Below, piece after piece: positions 1-15,100 of a stretch of 64,000 nucleotides of DNA. Origin of the DNA: Phoronis australis. Lineage: Eukaryota > Animalia > Phoronida. Made by a program: the position numbers and the translations under genes. The notes beneath the pieces were generated by a model that was given only the letters and a program-made list of their open reading frames with translations, searched no databases and was not told the origin of the DNA. The first letter of the stretch is position 1. Every line of letters starts with the position of its first letter. The stretch covers positions 1-64,000 of the forward strand of contig NMRA01000502.1 in NCBI GenBank assembly GCA_002633005.1, written 5' to 3'.

Positions 1-3000
1 TAACAGGGTCTCCCCTATCATTTTGAACATAGGGCTACAATGGTAACCAGTTACCAGTACCTGATTAAGTAAGTGCTGGACCCGTAGCGTAAGTGGAAGC
101 GCGAGGTCCCTGCTCAAATGCTCAAGTACAACGATTAGTTCAACGCAAAAGCAAAATGGAAGCAATTGAGACGGCTTTTGTTGAGGCAGTGCGTCCACTG
201 GGCAACGTTAGCTATTGGTTGCATTGGACGATTTCAATGTAATTCACACACCAGAAGCCCAGCGATTGTGCCAACTGTATTATCAATACATTTTATTTTT
301 GCTGTATTTCAATAAAACCCAAACTGCAAATTCAAAAAAAGTCAAGCATTGCGTGGGGCCTTGACTAGTCTCTGCGCTTATAGGGATCTGTATTTTTATG
401 TGCAATATTTGAAGCTTAAACACTTTAAACTGCACTGTAAACCCTACAATTCAACTCATTTCCTCAGTGGGCATCACACCCTTGACTCTTACAAATATTG
501 AATAAGGCGGGGTCTACGGTACCAAATTTCTTTACCCTATTTCCAATGGTAGTCCTATTTTAAGATTTCCAACAAACATTTGGTAATCTGTCAAGAGATA
601 GCCTCCAACCGCACACTAGGAAATGTCAAGGTTTTTGTTTATGTTTGTGCGTGCAAAAACATGTCCGTTACTCTTGACCCGGATGTTGTGCCAGATTACG
701 TGATACGTAGGGCAATCATCATATCGTCCCTGTTTAACTAATAACGTAAAATTGACACGCGAAGCTCTTTGAGATTTTAAAACATAACCATGCACATCCG
801 ATCTCAAATTATAGGCGCACGATAATGCACTCGTTTTTCACATGTTAAGATCAATATAATATCGAAAGCACTTCAGTTTACAATTTCTAAAATGATTTTA
901 ATCTTTGGAAAAATAGCTCTGTTCCAGAAACACCAGTCATTTTCCTCAATCCAATGCTTTAAGCATCAACTTCGGGGACAACTATCTGTGTGCGCAATAA
1001 TCAGAAAAGGATGTCCGTTCAAACACCTTATGCATACATATTTAGAAATATTAAACACCGATAATTGCGAATATTGCAATTTTATGCCACTAAGTTCAGA
1101 AAAAAAAGGAAACTCACTACAAATTTTTGTGTCACAAGAGTACCGTAGCTTTATTGAACTATTTTGATCAAAATGACAGTAAAGATTAATACAGAAGAAA
1201 TCTACAGAATACACCTGTCTACAAAGAGCGCACGATCCTAGTATGCGCCAGAGTTACACGTATTTGTTATTTTGCCCAAAGCGAAGCGCAAACAATGATA
1301 GGCTGGACATGATTTTCGATTTAATAATTTTTTAGAATTTGTCAACGACTAATAGGTTCTTAGTACACGTTCTGCACGTGCACTGTTACTTAAAAATTAC
1401 TAGAAATGTCATGAATTTTAAACACATATCATACGTACGCGTGGTACCGCATTCGCCGTAGATCAGAAAAGCGAGAACAAGATAAGCTTCTGCGATTGCC
1501 ATGCTATTGGCGATTAAGGTCCGAGACAAATGACCAAAGCTATATCTTTATTATAATTAAATTGTGAGCGCACACTGTAACTATATTCACATATCAATCA
1601 ATATTACAGTTGTCACTAATTATAACCTTCTCTACTGGTAGATCAATTTCCATCACTGTTTATCCAGCGGTGTATGATTACTAATTCATGACTGAGATAA
1701 TATACATGTCTCCGTCACCATTATGTGCACGTCCAAGAGACAATGATGAACAGACAGGCGAAACAATGCACAAACAGAAATCACCACAAAGGAAACATTT
1801 ACGACGCTTCTGACTTTAATTTCCGAAAAACCAAACAAGGGACGACGGAGATGCGGCACTAGAAATCAATCAATGAGCAGTCATGGGGAATCTCGGTAAA
1901 GAAGAATGATTAAGTCATCAGCCAAAGAGGAAAAAATTCCAGGACCCATATTTTCTAATCAAGAATTTTAAAAATCTCTGCTGGACCAAAAACAACTCAA
2001 AACCAGAATCCATCACGTAATGACCTATAATTGATGACGCCAAGGCCAATATTTATTATGTAAGGACCGAAAATTGCTCACGCCAGGACAGAGTATTTTC
2101 ATGCCAGGAGACCACGTGACCATCCGCCATCCGACAATAACCTGGGTAGACGGAGTTCAATAGGGCTAGGAACCCGCGAAAAAAGCAAGACTTCGAGAGA
2201 TATTACCGTGTATTTCAAATGGGAGCGCCTAATTTAGGCTGGATTTTCTCGCATCCTCAAGTTAGCTACGAAGCTCTACCTATGTATTTATCTCATCAGC
2301 TGGAAAGTAACAGTGGAAACGTTGCTGATTCGTTGAATTTGATGTGAAGACTGCATTCCAAAAAGCAGATTTTACACCACCAGCGAGGGAGAGTCGAGGA
2401 ACGCAGCGTCAGTAAAAATGCATACTCGATGTTGGGTCGCAATTTTCTGAAAACATTTCAATTCTCAGCGTAGCATTAATAACAAAACATTTTCGCTAGA
2501 TTTGAATTAGATTTTTGCTGATACTGCTGGGAACGCTGAAGTATTTGGCTGGCAATTGATCTATTTATGATGACTCAGATTGAAACTAGCGTGGTCTAAA
2601 ATAGTCGCCTGATCGCCTTCCGGAATTTTCACTAGTAAAACTGTTTTTATAGCAGTAAAACTGTTTTTCGGGAACGACGCTTTGGATTTATGTTTTAGGT
2701 AACACAAATGAACGAACCTAAACAAATCTGGCGTTGTACATGCAAATTTACTCAATCAGCAGACTGCACACCAACAGTGAAATACGGCCCCTACCGTTGT
2801 ATAGGGATTGGTTTTGCTTTCCCGTATTTCACAGCACACTTTCTGGTTTATTGAATGTCCGTATTTACACATATATCAAGGTACCTACAGNAGCCGGGAT
2901 TTTGCCTGCCAGACATTCGCACTCCCGAACTGCCAAATGGAATGTGGGAGAATTTTAGGAAGGGCATAGCCCCCTTGGCGCCCCTCTAAAATAGCCACTG

Positions 3001-3479
3001 GCGTATTCAACGTATAACAACGAGAGTTGTAAGAGTAAGAAGAGGTAAGGGAAGGAGAGAGAGGTCAGTCGCTACAGCTACTACAGGTCCAGCCTCAGTG
3101 ACCCCAGCTCAACGTGGACTGAAAACGTGCATCATAAACAAATGAAAGACATTTCAAAAGCTTTAGCTCAGAGAAACTACAAGGTTTGTACAAATACAGA
3201 ACATCCTATAGTTAACAATCTATGTAACATTACATCTTGAAGAAATTGGGAGCCATTGCATTTTACGCAGATTTTCATGTGGTAATAATTTGTCTAATGA
3301 TGCAAAATAAGATGTGATATCAACCTTTGAACAAAATTCCAGTTTGTTCTTAGCTTGTACGTAAGCGAAATATTTTAGATACAAGATGGGATAAATATCT
3401 CCTTTCCGTAATTGGTGAAAAAATCTCCTAATTTTCAGAGAAGAGTAAATGAATGCAATAATCAGAAAAAGTGGTAGAA

Positions 3480-3810
3480 AGAGAGTGATGAGCCTTTAAG
3501 AGAAGAAGAAATTCGAAAATCGCTGTGACATTCCTTGCAAGACACGTTGATGAGATTTGAATGGGAATGGCGGGGTGTCATAAAAACAATGAATTTGCTA
3601 TCATCAAAAGCTGAGTGTGCATCAGCTGCATCATGAATCCTGTGGATACCACCCAAATCTGTAGACATTGTCTCCATCGTGGTATCTATTGACGCTATCT
3701 CCTGCAACATCCTCCCGACCAAACTCTTCATCTCCAAATCCGACATCGCTAATATCCACAACATCTGGGATACTTTCTGGACTGCAATAAGAAAAACCGT
3801 GATGATCTTG
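3480..3810 (-). pseudogene. Frameshifted remnant of a Kolobok-type transposase (acidic linker followed by KFIVF...CxxC...GSxL)
   Basis: One frame reads QDHHGFSYCSPESIPDVVDISDVGFGDEE, another reads FDDSKFIVF...CKECHSDFRISSSLKGSSL. The same motif order occurs in the element at 20356-21687. Confidence 0.5.
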
Positions 3811-3959
3811 CCCTGTAGAACTTCAAAAAAGGACACAACACCTTGACTCTTTAATGCAGTTGAATTATTAAATAACAGGTCTTATTTTACGTGCACTGGA
3901 GAAAAGTTTAATCCACCCTACCGTGCTTTCGTTAGCGAGTTTTCAGGACCTGATAGTTA

Positions 3960-4052
3960 CTAGAGTGAAAGGATTTCTGTCCAGTCAGGGCCTCAAACCC
4001 GAGATTCCTTGCTGACCTTACAAGCTCTCTAGAACACCAAACTATTAGGACC
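3960..4052 (-). repeat. Degenerate tRNA-derived (SINE-like) head
   Basis: On the minus strand, A-box-like TAGTTTGGTG and B-box-like GGTTTGAGGCC at tRNA-like spacing. No cloverleaf. Confidence 0.35.
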
Positions 4053-6350
4053 ATGTCAGTGAAAGATATATTTCCACTATATACATGAACACCGTAGACA
4101 ATGAACAATAATTATGTATTTTTATAAAAAATGGATAACTCATAATTTAAATGTATGTACCCAATTGCTATGTTGCATTTAAAGTCATCGTCCATGTCAT
4201 CGCGTGCTGTGTCCTCAGCAACATCATTCCAGAGCACACATTTATGAGTTGATGTAAAATAAAATACCACCACAAATTTTATGGATTGTGAATGCTACTT
4301 TTAAAAACTCTTTAAAATCTGAACGATTTCAACTTTTCACTTCATCTTCTAATGTAAACTTTTGAATTATACAACAGTCAACTCCGAAAAAGAAAAACGT
4401 CAAATTCGGTACAAAGAATTGTACAATGTAGCTACAAAAGCAATCGATGAATTCCACTCTGACCACACTACATTCGAATAAGTTATGAATAAAAACTTGT
4501 CACGTCAAATAAACAAATATGACAAAGATTAGTCTCAAGATGACTTATAAGACTACACCTAGTAGATTGTGCTAACTCAAAAGAGGCAACGAAACTGCTG
4601 CCCATCGGCTTTTTGATGCATTCTCTTTTAGGTACATCTCTGCAAATCCCAAAAGTGTACAATAAATGTATGCAGAGTATGCAAAATTCAGTCATGCTTA
4701 GAAGAGAGTCATGTGCACACCACTCCTGACTATACCAGACATGTAGAAAGAATTCATTTTATGGAGATATACATATGCATATTACATATATTCTATAAAA
4801 TAGTTTTACAAAAAACAATTCAATTACCAGTTACAGTGATTATTTTTGTAAAAAAATGATGTCAATACAATTTATGAACACTGACTAGTTCTCTTAGACT
4901 TTAAATATCAGTGCTTTCACGTCACCCTTATATGAATATCCTGGATACATACCTCAAAGCTTAGTCGTGACAGGCAGAATCATGTGATAAAACTAAACTA
5001 TGTGAATCACCGTCATAAACATTGTGAGTGCAATTCATTATTTTTTGCTTTGGATTGGAATTTGTAACCAAAAATTATCCTGAACTGATGTATTTTGAAT
5101 TTTGAAAATCGATCAAAAATGTTTGTGGTTTTACTTAGTAAACTTTTATATGTCAGCGAAACTGTGATTGCTTAGACTGCATACAACTTGTGCAACTTAG
5201 CAGAGAAAACAGAAGCATAATACCGTGGCTTCAATTTGATTAATGGCGTCTTGGAAGTGGGCTTTTTCAAGTTCTTGCATAATTTCTTTCAAGAAGACCA
5301 TTCGAAATACCCGGTGGGCGGGGCCAGTAGATTTGTTGCCAGGTCATTAAATTTTCGTGTATAGGCCCTATTTGAGAGTGGTCTCATATTCAAGTAACTG
5401 GGCCGGCACATTTATTTGCTGAATGTCGATCACTGACCAGAAGATGTGCCTCTTGATCTTTCAGGTTATAATACAACTTGACGTGGGACATGTACATAGG
5501 TCTGCAGTGATATAAAATACAACAATTAAAGTCAAACAAGGCTACTAACCCATGAGAAATGAGTGTACCTACTATGTAAGTGCTAAATGTAATTAGTGTA
5601 AAGTTCACAGCTTGCCAATAAAACAGAACCAGCTGGCACAGATAGTCTTACAGGGGTGGCAGGAAGGAAATCAAGCCTGGCACAGACTAAAACATCAAAG
5701 TCACACTGCTTAAGTACCTTTAAAGCATAGATGTACACCTTAAGAGGCTATCGATGCCTTTAATTCCTTCCAATTTAAACAAAAAAATTGGTAATTATGA
5801 TTCCTTTCTAATATGTTTCTTTTTTCGTCAACAATACCGTTTATATGAAAGGTGCAACCCTGGCGGCCAAGTTTCAAACACTAGCGAACTCTGGTGGACC
5901 ACCAGTGTAGTGCGTTCATGATTGGTTTACTTAGCCATGGAGGTCGACCTCGATATGATTTCAAAATACTTTAGCAGTGATGCAGTCAAAACAGAAATGG
6001 GTCAGTTCCCAGAAATCGTCAGTTCATGATTTTGTTAACTGAACGAAGGACAGTTAGAAAAAAATCTTAATGGAGTAATTGTTGGAGCTGGGAAGAATTA
6101 GACACCAACGACCTCTTTAACGTGTCCCTCTATGCGCAAAAGGCACGTATAGCAACATGACTTCGATGGTTTAACCAGTGTGGCACAATTCGCCAAAAAG
6201 CTTCCTGAGTATACAGGGCCTGTGGGACAACTACCGCCTCTACTTTGGGCAGTTGGGACGGTGGTACTACCTTGTATTATGTGTATTTATGCTTTAATAA
6301 TATGTTGTGATTTTGAAAATTTTTGCAGACACAAATAGAAACTAGACAGT

Positions 6351-6469
6351 GACTAGAGAAAGTGTAACTCCTATAGGAGCTTCATACGCCAGAAGGTAGA
6401 TGAATTATGCCTCACTCCGAAAAGCTTCCTGCGTATGAAGCTCCTGTAGGAGCTACGTCGTCTCCAGTC
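6351..6469. repeat. Small hairpin/MITE-like inverted repeat
   Basis: gactagaga..ctcctataggagcttcatacgc pairs with gcgtatgaagctcctgtaggag..tctccagtc. Confidence 0.6.
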
Positions 6470-7138
6470 AGCTATAGAGACGGTGGTCACTGTCTAATTA
6501 GAAACAAGCTTAAATATATTGTTTAAGATCATTCCAAAGCTAAATTTATTCATCTTCTCCATACATACCGTAATCGCTCGGTAAATCAACGTTTGTGTTC
6601 TAGGGTGAAGGTTAGGTCACTAGCCAAATGAGAAACCACAGCTAATATCAATACAGACAACGGAACTCGATGAACAGGTCACTAGCCAAAGTAGGAACCA
6701 TAAATAGATAGTAATGTCAACAGACCATAAAATTTGTCTGAATTTATCTTTCACACAAATAAGTTTCCCAGTGAGTACTCGGACCACTATTTTATCGGCT
6801 CGAGGTGACCTTAATTCCATGGCCGCTATGTCCCAATAACTACAGAATGTATATAATATATATAAGCAGGACAGAACAAATACTTATTACTACTAGTATG
6901 CATCATGCAATCGTTTGGCCAGCTCGGAATTAGTGGCCGATAGTTTACCTCTGAGATATTCTCAGCGATCATATTCTGTGCCCAAATAAATGCGCAAGCT
7001 TTTATTTAGTTTCAGTTGCACGTCTTTGCTCCTCTTCTTTCTATCTGAGTAGTTTAGGTTAAGGGCCTTTTATCTTGTCGACCTTCTCACTGTCAGCCAT
7101 CTTGTCTCGTTGTTTTGTAAATCCCTGCGGTTGTTTAA

Positions 7139-9099
7139 GGTAGGTGGATACACAAAAAAATTAATTTTGACTGTTTTTTACATTTTCATATCATCCTAAT
7201 CTTTAATTCTTGATGCACAGTATACTGAAGAAAAATAAAATCATTCTGAAAATCCAAAGTTGTTTTTTTAGCTATATTTGACCAAACCTCAGTAAGTCAT
7301 ATGGCTTGAGTGCTCACCAGCTCAGTGATTGACAACTGGGGCGGAGCTTAAATATATACAAGGACACTAGCTCTAATCTAACCCTGTCAACAAGCATTGC
7401 GTAACCGGGCAATCGAGAGTGATGTACCAGCTGATATTGGTGTTGTAGCAAGACCAAGAATAAAACAATTCTATTTTCGACCATGTGAAAGTTAGTAGTG
7501 AAATGGTGAACTAGCTCCTGTTCCGAGCCTGAGCCTGTTTGTCTATCTGCAAAAAAATTAAGTTGAGTACGCCAAGCCCTACCGAAGCCATCACTGCACT
7601 CAGCTTGAGGAGTCCGTGCAGAAATTGTGCATGTATAAGAGAAGTCGGTAATATAAGGTCAGTTGTCTTGCGAGAGGACGCTGAGTGTCGACGTGGGTGG
7701 TGTTGCACGATTCGGTGAGAGTGCATACACGCGCTGTGAAGACAAGCCGCGCGCGCGACACATGGACAACTACATGCCGTCAGAGTAGAGTCTTCGCAGA
7801 TAAACCGTGCTTCTGTGCTGGGAACGTGCCGTGGAGAAACTAGGCTGTCAAACCCAGAGGATTTTTAACTTGCCACTGGCCGTAACCCAAAGAATTAGAG
7901 AAATGACCCAGTGTTCAACATAACAAAAAATTTTCTAGTGCATAGATTCAAACGTAACCCTGAATTAAAACTCATGATATTATACGATTTTAGAGGAAAG
8001 CAATATAAGAAACTTTAGTAACTTGAGAACCTCACCCAAGCGGCGCTATTTGCGCAGAAAGCGATATTTTCTTATCCCAAAGTCCATTCGGTACAGGCAC
8101 GTAAAAATGTTGAACCATTACTATGAAAGTAGTTCTTTATCCTCGTCGCCAATATTGTTATGTAGGCAGTAACGCGGCGATTTGATATAACACATATATT
8201 GGTTGATGATAATATTGGAATACTAACAAATAGGTCTGTGTAATATAGTTAGAGAGTCTTTTACAAACTGAGTGGAGAGTTCAGATGAATCGTATAAACA
8301 ATCAACACATGGTGGTCGGCACACCAGTACAGCAGACAATAGATCAACGCTAAGCTCCGCCCACGTGACAGCCATATTTGTTTTGGTCGTCTGTCGTGCA
8401 TCACAAGTTCGAAAAAATGATTAAAATTACGCTGTAAACAAACAGGTATGTCACATTTTCTAAATATGAAGTAAATATCAGCTTTATTTCTAGTACTTCA
8501 ACAAAAATTGGAACATAATGACCACGCATTCTGAACGAAATTTGATCTCAAGTGGCAATCGATGACCGCTTAACTTCAAAGCCGTTTTTCTCGGCTCGTG
8601 ATTTCAGGATAGTGACACGATTCTCGGGCCTATTTTTCCACAACACGTGGGTCAATTTTAACGAAAGTTGCAAATTTGAAATCCTCTTGGACTGAAGTAA
8701 AATCGCGTGCCAGGGTTTTTTGATAAATGGACCAGATTTTTAGTTATTAGACGGAAAGTGACCAAATGACAAAAAGTGGCGTGCTTGCACCAACTCACAC
8801 ACAAAAAATGCCACAAAATCAAGATCATAATGATTTTGTACATATATTTGGTATGGATAAGTAGATTATTGCGTAAGGAAATAGTTGATGATGATCCCTG
8901 TGCATTTTGAAAAAAAATTCGAGGTAAAATTGGATTTGTTGAAAATTAAAAAATACGATTTTTAAAAAAAACGAACTACAAAAAAACAATTTTTTTTTTC
9001 GATTTTTGTCACTTTCAGAATCATGTCTAACTAGTTAAAACTCCCTTTTTACTCATTTTAGTTAGGAACCTGGAGATTTGATCAGTGTATACACCTACC
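7139..9099. mobile_element. Non-autonomous Kolobok-type DNA transposon (~1.96 kb)
   Basis: TTAA|GGTAGGTGGATACAC ... GTGTATACACCTACC|TTAA. 15-bp TIR with one mismatch, TTAA on both sides, RR..YY termini, no ORF. Confidence 0.8.
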
Positions 9100-10140
9100 T
9101 TAACGCAGCACCGTCCTCAGACGTATAATGTTTATGGGTAATAGTTCAGAGCAGGTATATGGTCAAATCTCCAGTAATGGTCCAATCATGAAAGATCGCA
9201 GATGCAGGCACAAAGCACGTATATAGCACGGTCATGTCCAGGCATAATAATCGCAAGATACATGAAGAAGTGCCCAGAGCACAATAAGTTGATAGCCTCT
9301 TGACAGATCAAAGTCAGATGTTGCTGAGCACATGTACAGTAGGCCACATTAACAAAACACACTCATTAGCTCCATCACGGCTAGAGGTACAAAGCACATT
9401 GGGTGGCCAGGTATTCAATCCACAGCAATCTACTATCCTGTATCTTGTCAATGAGTCAGCTGTTTGTCGAATGGCTATAAGCGCATGCGCGCATTTATCA
9501 TAAGTGGGAGGGAGATTAGAGATGTTATGTGTTTACCACAACGTTTCTTCGTACCCATTTAAAAACCGTGAATTGTGTGATTTTTTTGTAGAAATCCCCC
9601 CACAGCGGAAAGTGGACAACTCTGTGATAGAGGTTGCAAGAATTTACGCATGTTAAGGATTGTTTAAAACATATCTTTTATGATATTCCTAGCAAAAATT
9701 ATGCATTCATTATTTGAATCGCGTATAATACAACCCTACTTAAAACTTAGTAAGTAGGCCTACTAACATATTATTCTACTGCAGTACTGGCTCGTGTCAC
9801 GGATCAGCATATAGTTGCCAGCAGTAGTACAAAATATGTAAGGATGCCTTTCTTCGTATGCGTTTCTAAAACTGCAATTGGCAGCCTCACACTTCATGCC
9901 TCTTTTATGTTTTTTTCAGCACCAGACGGCACACTGACATTGCAGTCATTCATGTTGCTACCCATTTGAATTGGCTCCTCTCAGAAGGTGGCGCTACATG
10001 TACTGCTTTGACATATTTAGATCAAAGACGTACATCTTGATGTAAACTATAATATAATTACAATAAATCTGAAACAATTTTTGTTTGGATTGCAACTCGG
10101 GCAAATGTGAGTTTTATTGGTATATTAGAACCACGTACTA

Positions 10141-10635
10141 TTTTGGCCGGTACCTCGAAAATCTAGTCTATCTCAAATTTTTAATGGCATACCATGGTTG
10201 AGATTTTTGGGAGTTTCTGCAGGGCACAATCCAGAGTGTAATTTGTCATAGGGCATTTAGTGGTCTGTGACATGTATTGAATCATATGGAATTGGTTTGT
10301 GTTGTACCTCGAATATATGTGCTAGCTCACTTGTGGGGGGGGGGGCTTTTGTGGTTTCTGCCGGACCCATTCCAGAGCGCAGATTTGTCTATCATGGATC
10401 ATTTGGTGTTCAGTGTGGTACTATTGTTCGTTTAAAATCAGTTTTGGCCGGTACCTCGAAAATCTAGTCTAGCTCAAAAGTTTGATGACATACCATAGTT
10501 GAGGTTTTTGGGGGTTTCTGCCGGGCACATCCCAGAGTGTAATGTGTCTGTCATAGGAGTTTTAGTGATCTGTGACATGTATTGAATCACATGGAGTTGG
10601 TTTTTTGTGGTACCTCGAATATATGTGCCAGCTCA
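10141..10635. repeat. Diverged tandem duplication, unit about 300 bp
   Basis: ttttggccggtacctcgaaaatctagtcta occurs at 10141 and 10442, and ctgtgacatgtattgaatca occurs at about 10265 and 10570. Confidence 0.75.
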
Positions 10636-11976
10636 TTTTTGGGCAATTTATAAGGCCCCCAGGGGTCACACCCACAGTGAAGACAACGGCAGACGTCCAT
10701 TTCTGTACATACTGAGGTGGACTCTAAATGCTCCCGTGGTCAGATGTTGGTACCTCGTTCATCTATGCTAAGTGCTCCGGTCTATTTATCAATTTTAGCC
10801 GAATGGGAAAATAGGGCTATGTCGCGTGGGAAACGACACTAATTAATCATATCATGTCAATTCCACCTTCAGTCAAAAACGAGTATACTAGTCAAAACAT
10901 CAAAAAGTAGGGCCGTCCGCGAAGGGGGGACTAGTTTGCAAGAGCAACAATGTACGTTGTTGATAACACAAATTATTGGTCAGGATTCTTATAAGTGGTG
11001 AGCATGGCATTTTGTAAGTGTATTTCACAGGATTAGGAAAATACTATAAATAAGATTAATGCTCATAAATCGAATTAGCAATATGTATAGGCAACAAGTA
11101 AACATTGGATAAATAAATTATCATAGAACAAATACAAAAACATGCATGTATTCACACGCACTTAAACACGGTCTTAGCTACGCAAATGAATCCACGAGGA
11201 GTTTTTCGAAAGTTACTTTAAAGCATAATTATATGTGTTTAAAATATATACATGTTAGTGAGCTTTTCATGTATAATAGCAGAACAAACATTAAGAAACC
11301 AAATACCACGTCTTTCCATTAAATACCGTAGCATGGTTTTAACACCCAAACGTATTGTTCAAACTCCTAACATGCACTTTGTGTTGTCGAACGCGGCCCT
11401 CAGACTGGAGCTAGATATCAGCTACATAAATATCAGAGGCATTCGGCCAGGGCCACAGCTCGGTGCCCGTAAAGAATTACCAGCCTTCAAGTGACGATTT
11501 GTAAGTTGATTAATTTTGCCGCGTAATTGCCGATTGCCTAAAACCGTGCCTCAAGAGTCTTGAGTTTGAAAAACGACAAAATGAAAATGAAGCAATACAA
11601 TTAGACTTGATTTCATAACAAAGCTTGATCAAAACTCAGTCGAGCAGACAACCGGAAACTCACGGAGCAAACTCTCGCTGCAAGCAAGTCCTGTGAAATC
11701 TCGCAGTCGCAAACTAGAATGCATGGGCATTCCATTCCTACAGTCGTGTGCAACGTGGACTGACTCTAGTGGCTTCAAATTTTTCATGGGAACAAAAATA
11801 GTCTTGTAACAACGATGTGCACAAACATAGCTAAAACGTTACGTTGTGGTAACGTTGTGACTTTGCTGAGCAATCAGCTGTAGAATCTGTTTTCGATTCT
11901 ATAATTATATTTTCTGAGCGCAGGTACCACAAGTGTTGGTCAACAGATAAAAGTTGAAGTCCTGCTTGTTTCGGAC

Positions 11977-12176
11977 TCAGTTGAATTCCAACATTATACA
12001 GGTGCCATTCCGTATGTGCAAAATGCGACCACAGCAGTTGTGCTGCTGGCATAGAGCCAGGCATAATAATTCGTTCAGGTCGGAATAAACGCCCAAGGTC
12101 TTAAACACAGAGGGCGAGTTGGTGACTCTCGCAAATGTCCGTTCACCTTTCTTGTCGAAGACGGACAGCCCGTTAG
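11977..12176 (-). CDS. Probable terminal exon, PAN/apple-like (ANGLSVFDKKGERTFARVTNSPSVFKTLGVYSDLNELLCLALCQQHNCCGRILHIRNGTCIMLEFN*)
   Basis: In phase 1 with the previous exon. The C-x3-C-x4-CC-x10-C-x2-L spacing is PAN-like. The acceptor (gcaag|) is weak, so the 5' boundary is uncertain. Confidence 0.55.
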
Positions 12177-15100
12177 CTTGCAGGATGGCTTTATCCATTT
12201 CGTATGTTGCTCGATCGCAGAAGGGTATCCCTGTTGAGGTGTTTCAAAGTTTAACACATTTTGTCTTACGATTTAAAGTGTACGTGTAAACCCCACCATG
12301 GACATCAATCATAGAGGTAGCACCGAGAAATGTCCATTTTCTCAATTACTTGATACAAATGAGGCTAATTACTTTAGCACTTCATAAGTAGTAACTGACC
12401 TTCCCCAATGACATCTTTACTAACTTCCGTCTTATGCTTTAGGTTATGTATGACCCTAAACAATCAAAGTTCAACTTTGGCTACCATCGGAACATCATAT
12501 CCAAATGTCTATTCGGATTTATATGAAACCTTCAGATAAATATCTCCATGCATTGGTCTCCAAAACGGTGTAAATAAGGACGTGTTTTAAAATGTTCCAT
12601 TTTTGAATTACGGACTATCAAAAACACAACTTTTATGATTTCATGAGAAAATTATAAAGTTGCATAATTAAAACGGAAACAAAAAGACAGTTTTAGATAA
12701 CTGTAACAGCATTTTTTGAGATCTCATCGTGAACATTTAATAAATAATGAAATTTGATCATGTTATTGATACGATTGTTTTTCTATCAATGTAACGTTTT
12801 TTTTTTGGTAAATTCAACTAAAAAGACATGGTCATGTGACCTCATTAATGGCAGATTGGCAAAAAGAAAAAGAACAAACTCCACAAGCATTCTACTTTCA
12901 AAAAGCATATACTTTTACTCAGTTGAAAACGACAGTTTCGTAGATAGTTACTAAATAGGCTGACCAGGCAGTAAGCTAAAAGCAAAATTTGAATAATGTG
13001 TGATCAGTGATCCGTTTGTCCACCAGTAAAGTTATTCAGCATCCAACTTGCGTTTTTGCCAAGATCTATGCTTGCCAATTTGCTGCTTGCTGACAATTTC
13101 AAAAAATAATCTTGCCACGTTCTTACCCAGTAGTTGACAAACGAATGACTCCATTTCGTTTAAGCACGACTCGTCGCCCCAAAGTCCCGAACTGTTCATG
13201 AACAGACACACTTCAGCAGAACCACTCGATGCCTCGTCGGTCTCCAGATCTGAAAAGAGTTAGTCTCGAACACGGGCGCTTATTTCCACTCACCTTTTCA
13301 AAATTCTCGTTCAGTCTCGTCACTACGTGTCTCGGTTTTCGAGATCATAGCGCCCTGATCTTCTGTAAGACCGGCGCTAACTGCGACACATAGTGACGAG
13401 ATTGAAAGAGAAGTGCGGGAAGAGTACCCAACATGGAATGAACGAGGGTTGCAGACCCTTCGTCTCTTAAGAAGAGTAAATGAAAAGGTGAGTTGCAATG
13501 TAATAAGCGCACTTGGTCTTAAATAAACGTGAAAACCGAAATCAAAGGAGCAAGCGATGTTTGTGTACATGTAGTCACCATGCAACACAGAACTGCAGAC
13601 CAAGAATGCCAATTGCCATCTCGCGCCGTTGAGGTTGCTGCACGCATGCGTGACAGTTGTTTGCCTTGTTTGCTAAGCTGTTGTTTCTTGCTATGGAATA
13701 CTTGGCTTAGGATGGAATGATTGTTTAGCACAAAAAGAATGTTTAGAACTGCCGTCATCAAAAAACTTGTACGGACTAAGTTTCAGTATATTTTTGGAAT
13801 ATTTTTGGCCACAAACATTGTCTGATTGCAGTTCAGCGATTTGCGAAGCTGACCGTAGGTAGTAACGCTGCCTAGCTGGTAGGCGTAACGTAAATCCATC
13901 TAGACGTATGTCAAATTTTTCGAAAGTGTACAATTTTTTAAAAATATATCCACGTGATTAAGTACCATCGGAGCTCTAATACGATAACAACGTGAAATAT
14001 CTAGGACAAATAGAAGCGAAATCAACACAATTCTAAAGGAAAAAACGTCACATTCTTTACTTCCACTGCAACGTTTCGTAACTCCTCCGTTTTTATACCA
14101 AATTGCATAAGGGTCTTATCATTACAAAGCCTTTCAGCAGCTTTTGATGGTACAGAAGCAAAAGATAAAAATTACTTCATAAATAATTATCATTTCACAT
14201 ACCTTGCAAATTAAAAAATTGAGCAATTCTAGAAATCAAGAGTGTTACCAAAATGCGAAAAATAACAGTTTAATTATGAAATCATTCATGTACTAAATGG
14301 CTGATCAATAAACTAATTAGTGAATTAATAAAAATAATTTCAATTAATCTAGGGGGTAACAAATATAGTAATGATAACAGTAACGAACTAGAGAGATTAT
14401 GAAAGTAACTCAGTAAACCAGCAAGGAAAAAGGATCAATGATTCAAAAGATTGCTACCGGATAAAGACCAAGATCTTATGAACTTGTAGTTTGGTAGGTT
14501 ATCGTAAGTGCCTCTGAAGCTGAAACTGAAAGAATGTCAATGGTCACGTTATTCCCGGTATCCTCCTAGGGATACAACTTCACTAACAGCCCCATTTATG
14601 AAATACTACTCAAACCTTCACTAATTTGTAATTTGTGTTTATTAGCCACTGGCACGATTTGCAGCTGTTACTTTCATACCCGATTTCTTTTCAAAAGTTT
14701 GTATGATATAACTGCAAATTTACAGACGTGAAAACTTAGTTTCCAAACACTTTGTACAGGTTTTATATTCCAGATGGCAACATTTTTCAAAAAGTGTAAT
14801 TAAAATGTTGAACAGACTTGTATGACGAGGGTGGTTTTCGGGTGATAATTGCGCCCACGACAAAATATCCCAGGTTATAGATGAATCCGACAGGATCAGA
14901 GTCTGCGTCCCTTACAACTTAAAAAAAGTAAACATGGGACAGGAAAAACGAAAATAAAAAACAGAAAATCGGACTCAGGTTGCACTCATCATTAAACAAC
15001 ATTTCTCAAGCGGGAGAAAACCATCTTTCTATGGAACATGGATGTGTATTTTTAAGAATATGTGTAATGCACTCAGCATACGCATGGAATGCACACGTCA

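Noticed and set aside
2095-2163. IFMPGDHVTIRHPTITWVDGV, resembling a Gypsy integrase C-terminus
   Set aside because: Too short, with no supporting integrase core or LTR nearby.
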